From a virus (lineage: Duplodnaviria > Caudoviricetes): a DNA stretch of 34,269 nt. The stretch lies in the IMG/VR virus record IMGVR_UViG_3300044759_000069, positions 1 to 34,269 of that record. The stretch is one strand, 5' to 3'. The translations under genes were made by a program, and so were the position numbers. Positions 16,400 through 25,632 of the stretch are shown piece by piece (within the stretch, counting starts at the first letter, position 1; the number at the start of each line of letters is the position of its first letter). The notes under the pieces were generated by a model. The model had not been told where the DNA came from. It saw only the letters and a list, made by a program, of their open reading frames with translations, and made no database searches.

Positions 16400-19300
16400 A
16401 TGGCTGACCAGCCGATCGGCGGGATAAAGCTCGAGATCACCGGCGACATCCGAGGCCTGCAGAAGGCGGTCGCGGACGGAAAGATCAGCGTCGACCAGCT
16501 CGGCAAATTCCTGGAGCAGCGGATCGAGAAGGGCACGACCTCGGCGGAGCGTTCCGTCAATCGCCTCGTCAAGGAGCTGACGGGAGTTCGCCCGACAGCG
16601 CAGCTCCAGCAGTTGGGAGTCGCGCTGCAGAAGATCGGTGGGACTGCGAAGCTCACCGAGGTGCAGGTCGGAAACCTGCAGCGCAAGATCGAAGGCCTTC
16701 GTTCTGCGGGCGGGACAGTTCCGGCATCGCTCCAGAACATCGCCACCAGCGCTGCCGGCGTCGGGAAGGCATTCGAGGGGATCAAGACGGACACGGTCCA
16801 GCGTGCGACCGGTAATCTCGGCTCGCTGGGCACCGCGCTCGGGGCGCTCGGCCCGGCTGGTATGGTCGCAGCGGTTGGGCTAGCTGCCGTAACGGCCGGC
16901 CTCGGAGCCGTAGTGGCCGCCGGCGCAGGCCTCGCGAAGCTCGTCAACGACGCGTCGATCTGGGCCGACAAGATCAAGGACACCTCAATCGCGACGGGCA
17001 TGTCAGTCGAGAGCGTGCAGCGCCTGGAACACGCCGCCGCCCTTGCCGAGGTCTCGCTCGAGCAGGTCACCAGCGCTGTCATCAAGATGCAGCGAGCGAT
17101 GATCGAAGCGCCGGAGAAGTTCACGGCGCTGGGCCTGTCGATGGCGCAGCTCCGGGAGATGGCTCCAGAGGAGCAACTCGTTGCCGTCGCCGACAAGCTG
17201 AAGCTGATCGAGGATCCAGCTCTGCGCAATGCAGCGGCGGTCGACATCCTCGGTAAATCGTGGGCTGACCTCGCTCCGCTGATCATGGACGGTCTCGGTG
17301 CGATGAAAGACGCGAACGTGATGAGCGCGGACACAATCGGTCAGCTCGACGAACTTCGTCAGAAGACGAACGGAATGAGCGCCGCCTGGGATCAGATGTG
17401 GGTCGCACTCGGTGCTGCGGCCGGCAAGGAACCCGCGATCGTGGGCGCTATCGATGCGATCACTGGGGCGATGACGCGGCTCGGGAAGGCGCTTAAGGAC
17501 AGCGCTGACAAGAAGAAGGGCTCGTTCCTCGATTCTGCTGTACATGCGTTGAGTGGGTTGCAGGCCAGCGGCGCGATAGGAGGCGGTCTTGTCGGGAGCG
17601 GTCTTGCCGCGAGCGTGACGCTGCCTTTGCAGATGTTCGCGGCGCAAGCCGCACCTGCCCTTCCCATAAATCCAGCGGAGGCCGGTCGTCACCGAGTCGA
17701 GCTCGAGGCCGAGAAGGCTGCCATGGCCGAACGCCTCCGCAATGCGAAGGCAGAGGAGGAAGCCAAGAAGGCCGCCGACAAAGCCACGGAGAAACTCGTC
17801 GCGAGAGAGAAGGAGCTCACAGGCGCGCGCATTGCCGAGGCGGCCGCGATCGACCGCAGCATCCTCCGTTCGAAGGGCGTGGCCTCGTTCACCGATACGG
17901 GACTCAAGGACCTCTCCAAGTACGCCGGTGGCCCCGGCAACGACGTCGCCCTTGCGGCTCTGAAGGAGATCGTCAAACGTCAGCGGCCCGAGGGGATGGC
18001 GTTCCCGAAGGCGACCCCGATGGGCATCCAGGAGCTCATGCCTTCGGGCGGTACGGGACTGCAATTCGAACTGTCCAAGCTGGCGAGCGGAACGATGTGG
18101 CCGACGGCACTCCGGCCGCTGAAGATCAGCATGAAGGAAACGTCCGACAGCATGGACGCCGTCAACGAGAAGACGGTCGACTGGCACCAGCAGCTCGCGG
18201 CCATCGCGGACATCACGCAGATCCTCGGCAGCAACTTCGGTAGCAAGATCCTCGGCGGCGTCGCGGGCATCGGCGGCGCTCTCAAGACGCTCAAAACCGG
18301 TATGGCCGATGGCCTCACCGGCGGAGCCGGACTGTTCAGCACGAAGGGCCTCTCGAGCCTGTTGGGGAACGCCGCGACGATCGGTCAGATCGCATCGATA
18401 GGCCTCAGTCTCGGGAAAGCCGTCGCCGATGCGCTCATCACGAAGGCGAGCGCCTTCGAACACGTGGGCAAGCATTGGGGTACGAAGATCTCCGAGGGCC
18501 TGGCGGAGCAGATCGACAAGGACGCGAAGGAGAAGTTCGGCGGCGACATCGAGACCGGCGCCCTGTCGAATCTTGGCGCGATCTTCGGCGAGGCGGGTGG
18601 CGTCGAGAAGTTCGGCACCGGCGCAGCCACGGGCAAGGTGCGCGACCTGTTCAGCGCCGTCGAGCAGGGAAAGCTTTCGCTCTCACAGGCCGGCGATGTG
18701 TTCGACGAGGTCTTCGGCGAAGTCGCGGCCGCCAATATCTCGAAGTCGACCGGGCTTGCCAGCGATGGCCTGAAGGAGCTCGTCGACCTCGCGAAACGAT
18801 TCGGGCTCGAGAGCGAGGCCCTGCAGGATTTCATGAAGGGCCAGGCCACGGGGCTCGCCGGCAACCTCGCGGGGGGCCTGGGTTCGCTGAAGGCCAGCCG
18901 GGAGAAGGGCGGACCTGGGCTCGTCAGCCAGGGCGCGGCGACCGGCATCTCCGCCGCATTGGTCGGCGACTTCGCCGCGATGCGCGAGGCCGGCCTTTCC
19001 CAGGCGGAGGCGATCGGCCAGATCACGCCGGCGATCCAGGCGATGCGCGAGGAGCTCACCGCCGCCGGCCTCGAGGGAAGCGCTGCGTTCCTGGCCCTCG
19101 AGCAGCAGGTCGGCATCTTCACCGACGAGGTTACGGGCCCGCTTGTCTCCGGCATCGGCAGCTTCTCGGGCGCCCTAGTCAACATGAACAACATGGGCCT
19201 CCTCACGCAGGAGACCTTTGCCGGCATCACGGCGCAGATCGGCGCCAACATCGAGGCCCTCGCACGTGAAGGCGTCGAGGGCCCCGCGGCCGTGGCGGCC

Positions 19301-19903
19301 CTGCAGCCCGAGCTGCAGAAGATCTGGGAGATTCAGCAGAAGACGGGACTGCAGGTCGACGAGACGACGCAGAACCTCATCGACCAGGCGGTCGCCGCCG
19401 GCGCGGTGGGCGAGCAGCACCGGAGCGCGCAAGAGGTCATGCGCGACGCGATGCTCGACACGCGAGACGCCATCGTCTCGATTGCCGAGGCCATGGGCGC
19501 CTTGCCGAAGGACATTAAGTTCCGTGTCCACACCGAGTACACGGAATCAGGGCACCGGCCCGGCGAGATCAACATGGAGCCGATCGCCAACCTCAGGGGC
19601 GGCGGCGGTGGCGGCGAAGAGTTGGAGAGCCGCGCCATCGGCAGTCCGAACCTCGAGTATTGGGGCACGGGGACGCCGGTGATGCTCCACGACTGGGAAG
19701 CGGTCATGACCCCCGGCGCCCTCGAGAGTCTGGTGTCGAGCTCCATCGATATCGGCGTCGCGGCCGCGGCCGGGCAGAAGCCGGTCAGCATGGGCGGCAA
19801 TGACGAGATGCTGCAGGAGCTGCGCGGGCTCCGTGCCGAGATCGCACGCCTGCCGCGTGCCGTCGCCATCGTGTCGCGCGACCTGGTGCAGCAGAGCCGC
19901 TGA
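16400..19903 (+). CDS. Tape measure protein (1167 aa)
   Basis: Longest ORF, Ala/Gly-rich and helical, hydrophobic segments, C-terminal WGTGTPVMLHDWEAVMTP. Confidence 0.93.
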   Translation: MADQPIGGIKLEITGDIRGLQKAVADGKISVDQLGKFLEQRIEKGTTSAERSVNRLVKELTGVRPTAQLQQLGVALQKIGGTAKLTEVQVGNLQRKIEGLRSAGGTVPASLQNIATSAAGVGKAFEGIKTDTVQRATGNLGSLGTALGALGPAGMVAAVGLAAVTAGLGAVVAAGAGLAKLVNDASIWADKIKDTSIATGMSVESVQRLEHAAALAEVSLEQVTSAVIKMQRAMIEAPEKFTALGLSMAQLREMAPEEQLVAVADKLKLIEDPALRNAAAVDILGKSWADLAPLIMDGLGAMKDANVMSADTIGQLDELRQKTNGMSAAWDQMWVALGAAAGKEPAIVGAIDAITGAMTRLGKALKDSADKKKGSFLDSAVHALSGLQASGAIGGGLVGSGLAASVTLPLQMFAAQAAPALPINPAEAGRHRVELEAEKAAMAERLRNAKAEEEAKKAADKATEKLVAREKELTGARIAEAAAIDRSILRSKGVASFTDTGLKDLSKYAGGPGNDVALAALKEIVKRQRPEGMAFPKATPMGIQELMPSGGTGLQFELSKLASGTMWPTALRPLKISMKETSDSMDAVNEKTVDWHQQLAAIADITQILGSNFGSKILGGVAGIGGALKTLKTGMADGLTGGAGLFSTKGLSSLLGNAATIGQIASIGLSLGKAVADALITKASAFEHVGKHWGTKISEGLAEQIDKDAKEKFGGDIETGALSNLGAIFGEAGGVEKFGTGAATGKVRDLFSAVEQGKLSLSQAGDVFDEVFGEVAAANISKSTGLASDGLKELVDLAKRFGLESEALQDFMKGQATGLAGNLAGGLGSLKASREKGGPGLVSQGAATGISAALVGDFAAMREAGLSQAEAIGQITPAIQAMREELTAAGLEGSAAFLALEQQVGIFTDEVTGPLVSGIGSFSGALVNMNNMGLLTQETFAGITAQIGANIEALAREGVEGPAAVAALQPELQKIWEIQQKTGLQVDETTQNLIDQAVAAGAVGEQHRSAQEVMRDAMLDTRDAIVSIAEAMGALPKDIKFRVHTEYTESGHRPGEINMEPIANLRGGGGGGEELESRAIGSPNLEYWGTGTPVMLHDWEAVMTPGALESLVSSSIDIGVAAAAGQKPVSMGGNDEMLQELRGLRAEIARLPRAVAIVSRDLVQQSR

Positions 19904-21912
19904 TGCCCGCCGAGCGTCCGCAGTGGCGAATCGAGATGCAGCTCGACGGACCGAGCGGGGACTGGACCGACGTGAGCCGCGACGTCCTCGACGGGGACAG
20001 CGTCCGAGCCGAACGCGGCATCCAGGGGAGCGGGCCGAACGATCGCGTCGCGGATACCGGGAAGCTCTCGTTTGCGCTGAACAACTCCGTCGACAACTCC
20101 GTCGCCCTGGCCGGCTATTACTCCCCGGACCATTTCAGTGCGCGCCTGGGGTTCGACCTGGGCGTCGGGGTCCGACTGCGCATCGCGCACATGGGGCATT
20201 GGCGAAATGCATGGCAGGGGACCATCGACGAGATCATCCCGATGCCCGACCACCTGGGCGAGCGCAAGACGCTGGTGAGCTGCGTCGACTGGATGGAAGA
20301 GGCCGCGGCGCACCGTTTGACCGGCCTCGCCACCGTGACCGACGTGCGCGCCGACGACGTGATGACCGCCATCGTCGACGCGGTGCCCAAGGCTCCGGCC
20401 GCCGTGCAGTTCGACGAGGGGAGCGACGTCTACCCGTTCGCCAACGATGCGACGCGGGATACCACGGCGATGACCGAGTTCTCGCGGATCGCCCGCTCGG
20501 AGCTGGGCCAGGTCTTCGTGAAGGCGGACGGCACCCTGCGTTTCGAGAACCGTTACGCCCGGCTGGCCGTCGCCGATCCTCTGGCCACGCTCGGCGGAAC
20601 CATGATGGGCATGCGCCTCTCCCGCGCGCGGCGTGACGTGGTGAACAAGATCCGCGTGATCGTCCACCCCCGTCGTGTCGATTCGGGCTTCGTCGTCCTG
20701 GGCCGCCTCGAGGACCGCCCGCTCATCGCCCCGGGAGAGTCGATCACCATCCGCATCAACTACCAGGACCCGGAGAACCCCGCCGAGCGCATCGGCGCAT
20801 TGGACGTGCAAATCCCCCTGACGCCCGGCGTCGACTACCTGATGGACACCGTGCAGGCCACGGCCGTCGGCACCCCCGACACGCCCACGATCATCCGCCC
20901 CATGGCCAACGGGCACTACACAGGGTTCAGCGGCAGCGCCACGGATGCCGGGGACCAGAACGACGCCACGGGCCTGACGCCGACGGGCGGGTTCGCGTAC
21001 GCGACGTTCGCGCTCACCGACGTCGCGGCGCCGAACAACGCCGCGGTCTCGGGCGTCAAGGTGCGCGCGCATGTCCGCCACAACGATCCGGATCCTGTCC
21101 GCTTCACCGCGTGGTTTCCGCGGCTCCGTCTCAACGACGTGGACCTCGACGGCCCGCCGTCCGGCACCTACGCCGCCGGGATCGAATGGTTCGAGACGGA
21201 GTTCCCGACCCCCCCTGGTGCCGGCGAGTGGACGATCGGGAGCATCAAAACACTCGAGGCGGGAGGCGCGTTCAACTGGAGTGGCGCCACGCCGGAGCTG
21301 CTCGAGCTCGAGGTGTTGTTCATCTACGCGTCGAACGTCCTGCCGACCGATCGGACGGACAACTTCACCGTGCTCGCTGTGGATGGCGGCAGCTCGGCGG
21401 AAGTCACGCTCACGAACAACGGCAGCGACGGTGCCTACGTGAACCTCCTGCAGATCCGTGGCCGCGGCGTCTACACCTTCGACGACGTGACGGCCGAGGT
21501 GAGCGACGCGGCGAGCATTGCCGAGTTCGGGGAGCGCGTCGAGACCCTCGATATGCCCTACCAGGCGGACGTGAACACCGGGATTCGCGCCGCGTCCTAC
21601 ATCATGGACCTCTTCAAAATCGCGAAGTCTCGCATCACCGGGGTCACGTTCCTGGCGAACAGTTCTGACGAGCTCATGAACGCCGCGCTCGATCGCGAGA
21701 TCAGCGACCGCGTGCTCGTCAGTGAAATCCAGACCGGCCTGAGCCTCACCGGCGCCGAGCACCACATCAACGCGGTGTCGCTGAACATCCAGGCCGGCAA
21801 CATCCTGTACTGCACGTGGACGCTCGTGCCGGCAGACCCGAACGACTATTGGCAGGTGGGGATCGCGGGGCACTCCGAGGTCGGCGAAACCACCATCGTC
21901 GGACCCTTGTGA
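19903..21912 (+). CDS. Tail tip / hub protein (669 aa)
   Basis: TGATG coupling to TMP; WTDVSRDV, GKLSFALNN, VFVKADGTLRFENR, ASIAEFGER. Confidence 0.75.
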   Translation: MPAERPQWRIEMQLDGPSGDWTDVSRDVLDGDSVRAERGIQGSGPNDRVADTGKLSFALNNSVDNSVALAGYYSPDHFSARLGFDLGVGVRLRIAHMGHWRNAWQGTIDEIIPMPDHLGERKTLVSCVDWMEEAAAHRLTGLATVTDVRADDVMTAIVDAVPKAPAAVQFDEGSDVYPFANDATRDTTAMTEFSRIARSELGQVFVKADGTLRFENRYARLAVADPLATLGGTMMGMRLSRARRDVVNKIRVIVHPRRVDSGFVVLGRLEDRPLIAPGESITIRINYQDPENPAERIGALDVQIPLTPGVDYLMDTVQATAVGTPDTPTIIRPMANGHYTGFSGSATDAGDQNDATGLTPTGGFAYATFALTDVAAPNNAAVSGVKVRAHVRHNDPDPVRFTAWFPRLRLNDVDLDGPPSGTYAAGIEWFETEFPTPPGAGEWTIGSIKTLEAGGAFNWSGATPELLELEVLFIYASNVLPTDRTDNFTVLAVDGGSSAEVTLTNNGSDGAYVNLLQIRGRGVYTFDDVTAEVSDAASIAEFGERVETLDMPYQADVNTGIRAASYIMDLFKIAKSRITGVTFLANSSDELMNAALDREISDRVLVSEIQTGLSLTGAEHHINAVSLNIQAGNILYCTWTLVPADPNDYWQVGIAGHSEVGETTIVGPL

Positions 21913-21919
21913 GGTATTC

Positions 21920-23239
21920 ATGACCCAGTGGACGACGCCGCGGACGTGGGTACGAGGCGAGATCGCGACGGAAAGCCTGCTCAATACGCACGTGCGCGAC
22001 AACCTCCTGCACTTGAAGGAATCGCAGAATACCTCGGGCGGTTCGTTCCGCGGCGTGGAGCTCCGGACGCATGTCGACGCCGCGCTCGCGCCGAGCCGCG
22101 TCATGCTCCTCGGCGCGCGTCAGATCGTCATGAACGACGGGGAAGGCATCGGCGCGTGGCCGGTGCTGACCGCGGACATCGCGGTGAGCGGCGCGAATGG
22201 ACTCGATACCGGCGTCGAGGGCGCATCGAAGTGGTACGAGATCCACGCGATTCGAAAGTCGAGCGACGGCACGCAGGCCCTGCTGCTGCACGAAGCCATG
22301 CAGTGGTTCGAGGACGAGGGCCACAACACCAACGACGGTTTCATCGGGCTTCGTGATTCGGCCGTGCGCGAGCGCCTCTCTCAAAGCTTCGAGATCGACA
22401 CGGCGAGCGCGCCCCTCGTATTCGTGCGCATGTTCTTTCGGAAGCAGGGCACACCCACCGGTTCGATGTGGCTCACGGTCGAGGCCAACGCCGCGGGCTC
22501 TCCGTCGGGTACCGCACTGGCCACGTCGCAGACGATCGACGTGTCTCAACTGGTGGCGGCCCCGGCAACGCAGGGCGCCGTCGTGTTCGTGTTCCGAACG
22601 CCGGCGACGCTTGTGAGCGGGACCATCTACCACATGGTGCTCTACGGGGATTTCGCGGTCAGCGCGTCGAACTACGTCGACGTCAACCAGAACAGCACCG
22701 ACGCGTACGCGCGCGGCGAGCGCAAGAGCTACAACGGCACGGTGTGGTCGGGCTCGACCACAGATCTGAACTTCCGCCTCTGGGTCGAGCCTCCGGCAAC
22801 AGCGGTCGTCATGCCAACGGGCTACGACCAGCGCGCGCTCATTGGATATGTGCGCAACGACGCCACCAGCAAGCTCGTCCCGTTCCTCGCCTTGGACCGC
22901 CTTGTCACGCCACTCGTGTCGCAAAACCTTCTCCTCGGTGGCACCGTGACGAGTCCCAGCCTGATGGATGTCACCCCTTATCTTCCGTCGGTCGCGACCA
23001 AGAGCTGGTGGTTCCTCTACCTGAGCTCCGCGACAGGTACTCGCAACATGCTCGTGGCCCCCGCCGATACCGGATATGCCACGAACTCAACAGTGCGATT
23101 CGGCGGCGCGGCGGTTCTTTCCATGTCGACCATCGGGGGCGCGGCGGTGGGCCCGGTGATCAATAAGGCCCCGGTCGTGATGACCCAGGTCACCGGCGAC
23201 GCGTACACGGTTCTTATCGATAGTTGGGAGTGGTTCTGA
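21920..23239 (+). CDS. Tail fiber / receptor-binding protein (439 aa)
   Basis: N-terminal WTTPRTWVRGE...LNTHVRDNL anchor; GANGLDTG...WYEIHAI and MPTGYDQRALIGYVRND fiber motifs. Confidence 0.75.
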   Translation: MTQWTTPRTWVRGEIATESLLNTHVRDNLLHLKESQNTSGGSFRGVELRTHVDAALAPSRVMLLGARQIVMNDGEGIGAWPVLTADIAVSGANGLDTGVEGASKWYEIHAIRKSSDGTQALLLHEAMQWFEDEGHNTNDGFIGLRDSAVRERLSQSFEIDTASAPLVFVRMFFRKQGTPTGSMWLTVEANAAGSPSGTALATSQTIDVSQLVAAPATQGAVVFVFRTPATLVSGTIYHMVLYGDFAVSASNYVDVNQNSTDAYARGERKSYNGTVWSGSTTDLNFRLWVEPPATAVVMPTGYDQRALIGYVRNDATSKLVPFLALDRLVTPLVSQNLLLGGTVTSPSLMDVTPYLPSVATKSWWFLYLSSATGTRNMLVAPADTGYATNSTVRFGGAAVLSMSTIGGAAVGPVINKAPVVMTQVTGDAYTVLIDSWEWF

Positions 23240-24291
23240 TGACCCGGCTCATGGCCGCCGCGGTAGTGCTGACGACTCTCACGGGCGGCCACTCGGAAGA
23301 CGGCACCATACAGGATGGCGCTCGGATCCAGGCGGCCATCGACGCGGCATGCCGGACCGGAGGTGGGCGTGTTGGGATTGGTCCGGGCTGGTATCGCATT
23401 CAACAGCCGCTGTTGATCCGGTGCTCCGGGATCACGCTGCAGGGCGCGGGGCCTTCGGCTACGCACCTGTATGTGCCCGCGAGCCACGAGGTCAGCGAGG
23501 TCATCTCGATCGGTGGCGGCGAAGCGATCATGGGCACGGTGGTCGAGGATCTCGAGATCAACGGCGGCCTGGTGCACCCGAGCGAGCGCGTCGGGATCTA
23601 CGTGGACCGCGCGATCCGGACCATGATTCGCGACGTCTCTATCGACCACGTGCAGCACGCGGTCGTAATGGGTCGCCCTGGCGTCGCGGGGACGAGCGTC
23701 CTGCGCATCATCGGAGGGCGGTTCGGCTCATGGGGCGACGGGCTGGTCGTCAACGGCCAGGCCGGCCTGTGGGTCACCCGGACGCATTTAAACGGCAATT
23801 CGCCGGGGGCCCGAACGCGTGGCGTTGCTTTTGTGGGGGGCTTCGACTCCGCATGGCTCACCGACGTGGCCATCGAGACGCACGACACCGGCGTGTGGGT
23901 CGGATCGTCCGACCCGAACGTCGAGATCTGGGACCTGTGGTTCTCGGGCACGTTCGCGGACCGTGTGGTGCGGGCAGGGTTCGAGCTCGGCGGCGTGTCG
24001 AGGGTCCAGTCGGTGCAGTTCTCCAACTGCTGGACCTCGGCGGGCGAGTACGGTTTCGTGGTCTACCAGCCGGGTCCGGCCGCAACCTCGCGGATCACCA
24101 TCACGGGAAGCCACGTCAACGCGGCGACGGACAGCGCAATCTGGATCGGCGGCCAGGTGAACAGCGTCTCGATCGTGGGGAACGTGCTCGCGCATGGTCG
24201 GGGCCGCGATCCGATCGCCATTCGCAACGGCACCCCGCTCGCGACGGTGGCGACGGCGGGGAACGTCTACGTCGAGGCGGTGGCCCGCTAG
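23239..24291 (+). CDS. Beta-helix (pectate lyase 3-like) depolymerase-type protein (350 aa)
   Basis: DGARIQAAIDAA...GGGRVGIGPGWYRIQQPL...ITLQGAG cap; beta-helix rungs; short hydrophobic N-terminus; TGATG coupling. Confidence 0.82.
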   Translation: MTRLMAAAVVLTTLTGGHSEDGTIQDGARIQAAIDAACRTGGGRVGIGPGWYRIQQPLLIRCSGITLQGAGPSATHLYVPASHEVSEVISIGGGEAIMGTVVEDLEINGGLVHPSERVGIYVDRAIRTMIRDVSIDHVQHAVVMGRPGVAGTSVLRIIGGRFGSWGDGLVVNGQAGLWVTRTHLNGNSPGARTRGVAFVGGFDSAWLTDVAIETHDTGVWVGSSDPNVEIWDLWFSGTFADRVVRAGFELGGVSRVQSVQFSNCWTSAGEYGFVVYQPGPAATSRITITGSHVNAATDSAIWIGGQVNSVSIVGNVLAHGRGRDPIAIRNGTPLATVATAGNVYVEAVAR

Positions 24292-25334
24292 GGCCGGCGA
24301 GCAAGCAGCGCCGTCAACCGGTCAGCGATCACCATGGCCGCCGCGGCGTGCCCTCGTGGCGTCAGGTGAACCAGGTCCAAGAACATCCCCTCGGAGGAAG
24401 AGGCGAATGCGGTCGTCGTCCGCATGTCGATGCATTCGAGCGAGAGCTTCTGGCATTGCCCGAGGGCGGCCTCGACCTGGGCGGCGTACTCGCTCTCGAA
24501 TTGCGGGTAGCGCCTGAGGAACATGTCGCGCCATCCTTCGGCGCTCTGCGGTTGCTCTCGACTGCCGTGCGGCTGGAATGCGAACACGATGACCGCCCCG
24601 CGGGCGCGCGCGAAGGCCGCCATCCGCTCGTGGTTCTTCAGGTACTCCGCCGTGACCTCGCCGTTTCGGTGCGGTCCACGTCCAGGGGTCGGCTTGACGG
24701 CCGCGAGACCAACGGCCTTTCGAAGTTGGCCCTCGATGACGAAGAACGTACCCCAATGGTAACCAAGCGCGGCGACCTCCGGCCGGCCGTACGCCTGCAG
24801 GAACGCGTCGTTCCACCCGTCGAACACCACATAGGCGCGAGGCGCCAGCTCGTCCGCGTAGTGGACCATCTCCGCGAGCTCCTGGCCGGAGAGCCACGCC
24901 ACGACGCCGGCGTTGTGGAGCTGGTAGTCGGGCATCAGCCGGCCGAGCTGCGCCGGTAACGCCTCGCGCTCGAGGCCTGCCTCGAGGTCGAAGCCGAACG
25001 CCGTGGATCCTCCGAGCACGACGACGTTCGGCTGACCGGGCCTGGCCTCGCACCCGCCACGATACCCACGCTCATTGATCGTGAAAAACGGGGTGCGCTG
25101 GTTCGGCTGGTGGCGATACAGCGTGAATGGGTCCAGCCGGAGCTGCAGCGGGCCGGCGGAGTTCGAGACCCTGGCGCCGGTGCTGTCCAGGAGCTCGGTC
25201 GTGTATGGGTAGACCGTCGGTGGCGGCGGCGCGGTGAAATGCCTGTAGGCCACCATGGCGGCCACCCAGGCGGCCGCGGCGATTGCGATGATCAGAGCCT
25301 TTTGTCGATCGGTTCGCGGTCGCGGGAAGGGCAC
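24288..25334 (-). CDS. Membrane-anchored SGNH/GDSL hydrolase (moron)
   Basis: N-terminal TM; block I VVLGGSTAFG, block II NAG, block III FDGWND, block V DLVH. Opposite strand to the tail operon. Confidence 0.88.
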   Translation of the reverse strand: MPFPRPRTDRQKALIIAIAAAAWVAAMVAYRHFTAPPPPTVYPYTTELLDSTGARVSNSAGPLQLRLDPFTLYRHQPNQRTPFFTINERGYRGGCEARPGQPNVVVLGGSTAFGFDLEAGLEREALPAQLGRLMPDYQLHNAGVVAWLSGQELAEMVHYADELAPRAYVVFDGWNDAFLQAYGRPEVAALGYHWGTFFVIEGQLRKAVGLAAVKPTPGRGPHRNGEVTAEYLKNHERMAAFARARGAVIVFAFQPHGSREQPQSAEGWRDMFLRRYPQFESEYAAQVEAALGQCQKLSLECIDMRTTTAFASSSEGMFLDLVHLTPRGHAAAAMVIADRLTALLARRP

Positions 25335-25369
25335 GGGCGGGATGATACACGCGGTATTGGCGCCGCAAA

Positions 25370-25616
25370 AGGTAGCCCAGAGGTAGCCCGGATCGGAATT
25401 GCCGTTGTGTCTGTCTGGCTGTAAGTGGTGCGGGCGGTGGGACTTGAACCCACATGGGAGGGTTACTCGCCACCAGCTTCTAAGACTGGACCTATCGGTC
25501 CTATACCAATCAGTAACTTACGGGCAAAACAGCATGTTATGCGGATTTAGCCGGTTGATAGACCCCCCTGTTTTCCGCATAATTCGGGCCCCGGAGGTAG
25601 CCCAGAGGTAGCCCGG
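25370..25616. other. attP: tRNA-Leu 3' core flanked by arm-type repeats and an IHF-like site
   Basis: AGGTAGCCCAGAGGTAGCCCGG at both 25370-25391 and 25595-25616; AATCAGTAACTTA at 25508-25520 fits WATCARNNNNTTR; directly upstream of integrase. Confidence 0.88.
25426..25489 (-). tRNA. Partial tRNA-Leu(UAG): anticodon arm to CCA only (att core, not a complete gene)
   Basis: Reverse complement reads CCAGT-CTTAGAA-GCTGG, long variable arm, GTGGG-TTCAAGT-CCCAC, CGCCCGC-A-CCA. No 5' acceptor strand upstream. Confidence 0.88.
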
Positions 25617-25632
25617 GATCGAGGAGCCCTGA

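Noticed and set aside
16258-22104. Long antisense ORFs such as 19333..22104, 17003..18475 and 16258..17334
   Set aside because: High-GC shadow frames opposite well-supported tail genes.
19903-24291. Diversity-generating retroelement or invertible tail-fiber cassette
   Set aside because: No reverse transcriptase, invertase or TR/VR pair noticed by eye.
25426-25520. Complete phage tRNA-Leu gene
   Set aside because: The 5' acceptor strand (GCGGGCG expected) and a proper D-arm are missing; better explained as the att core.
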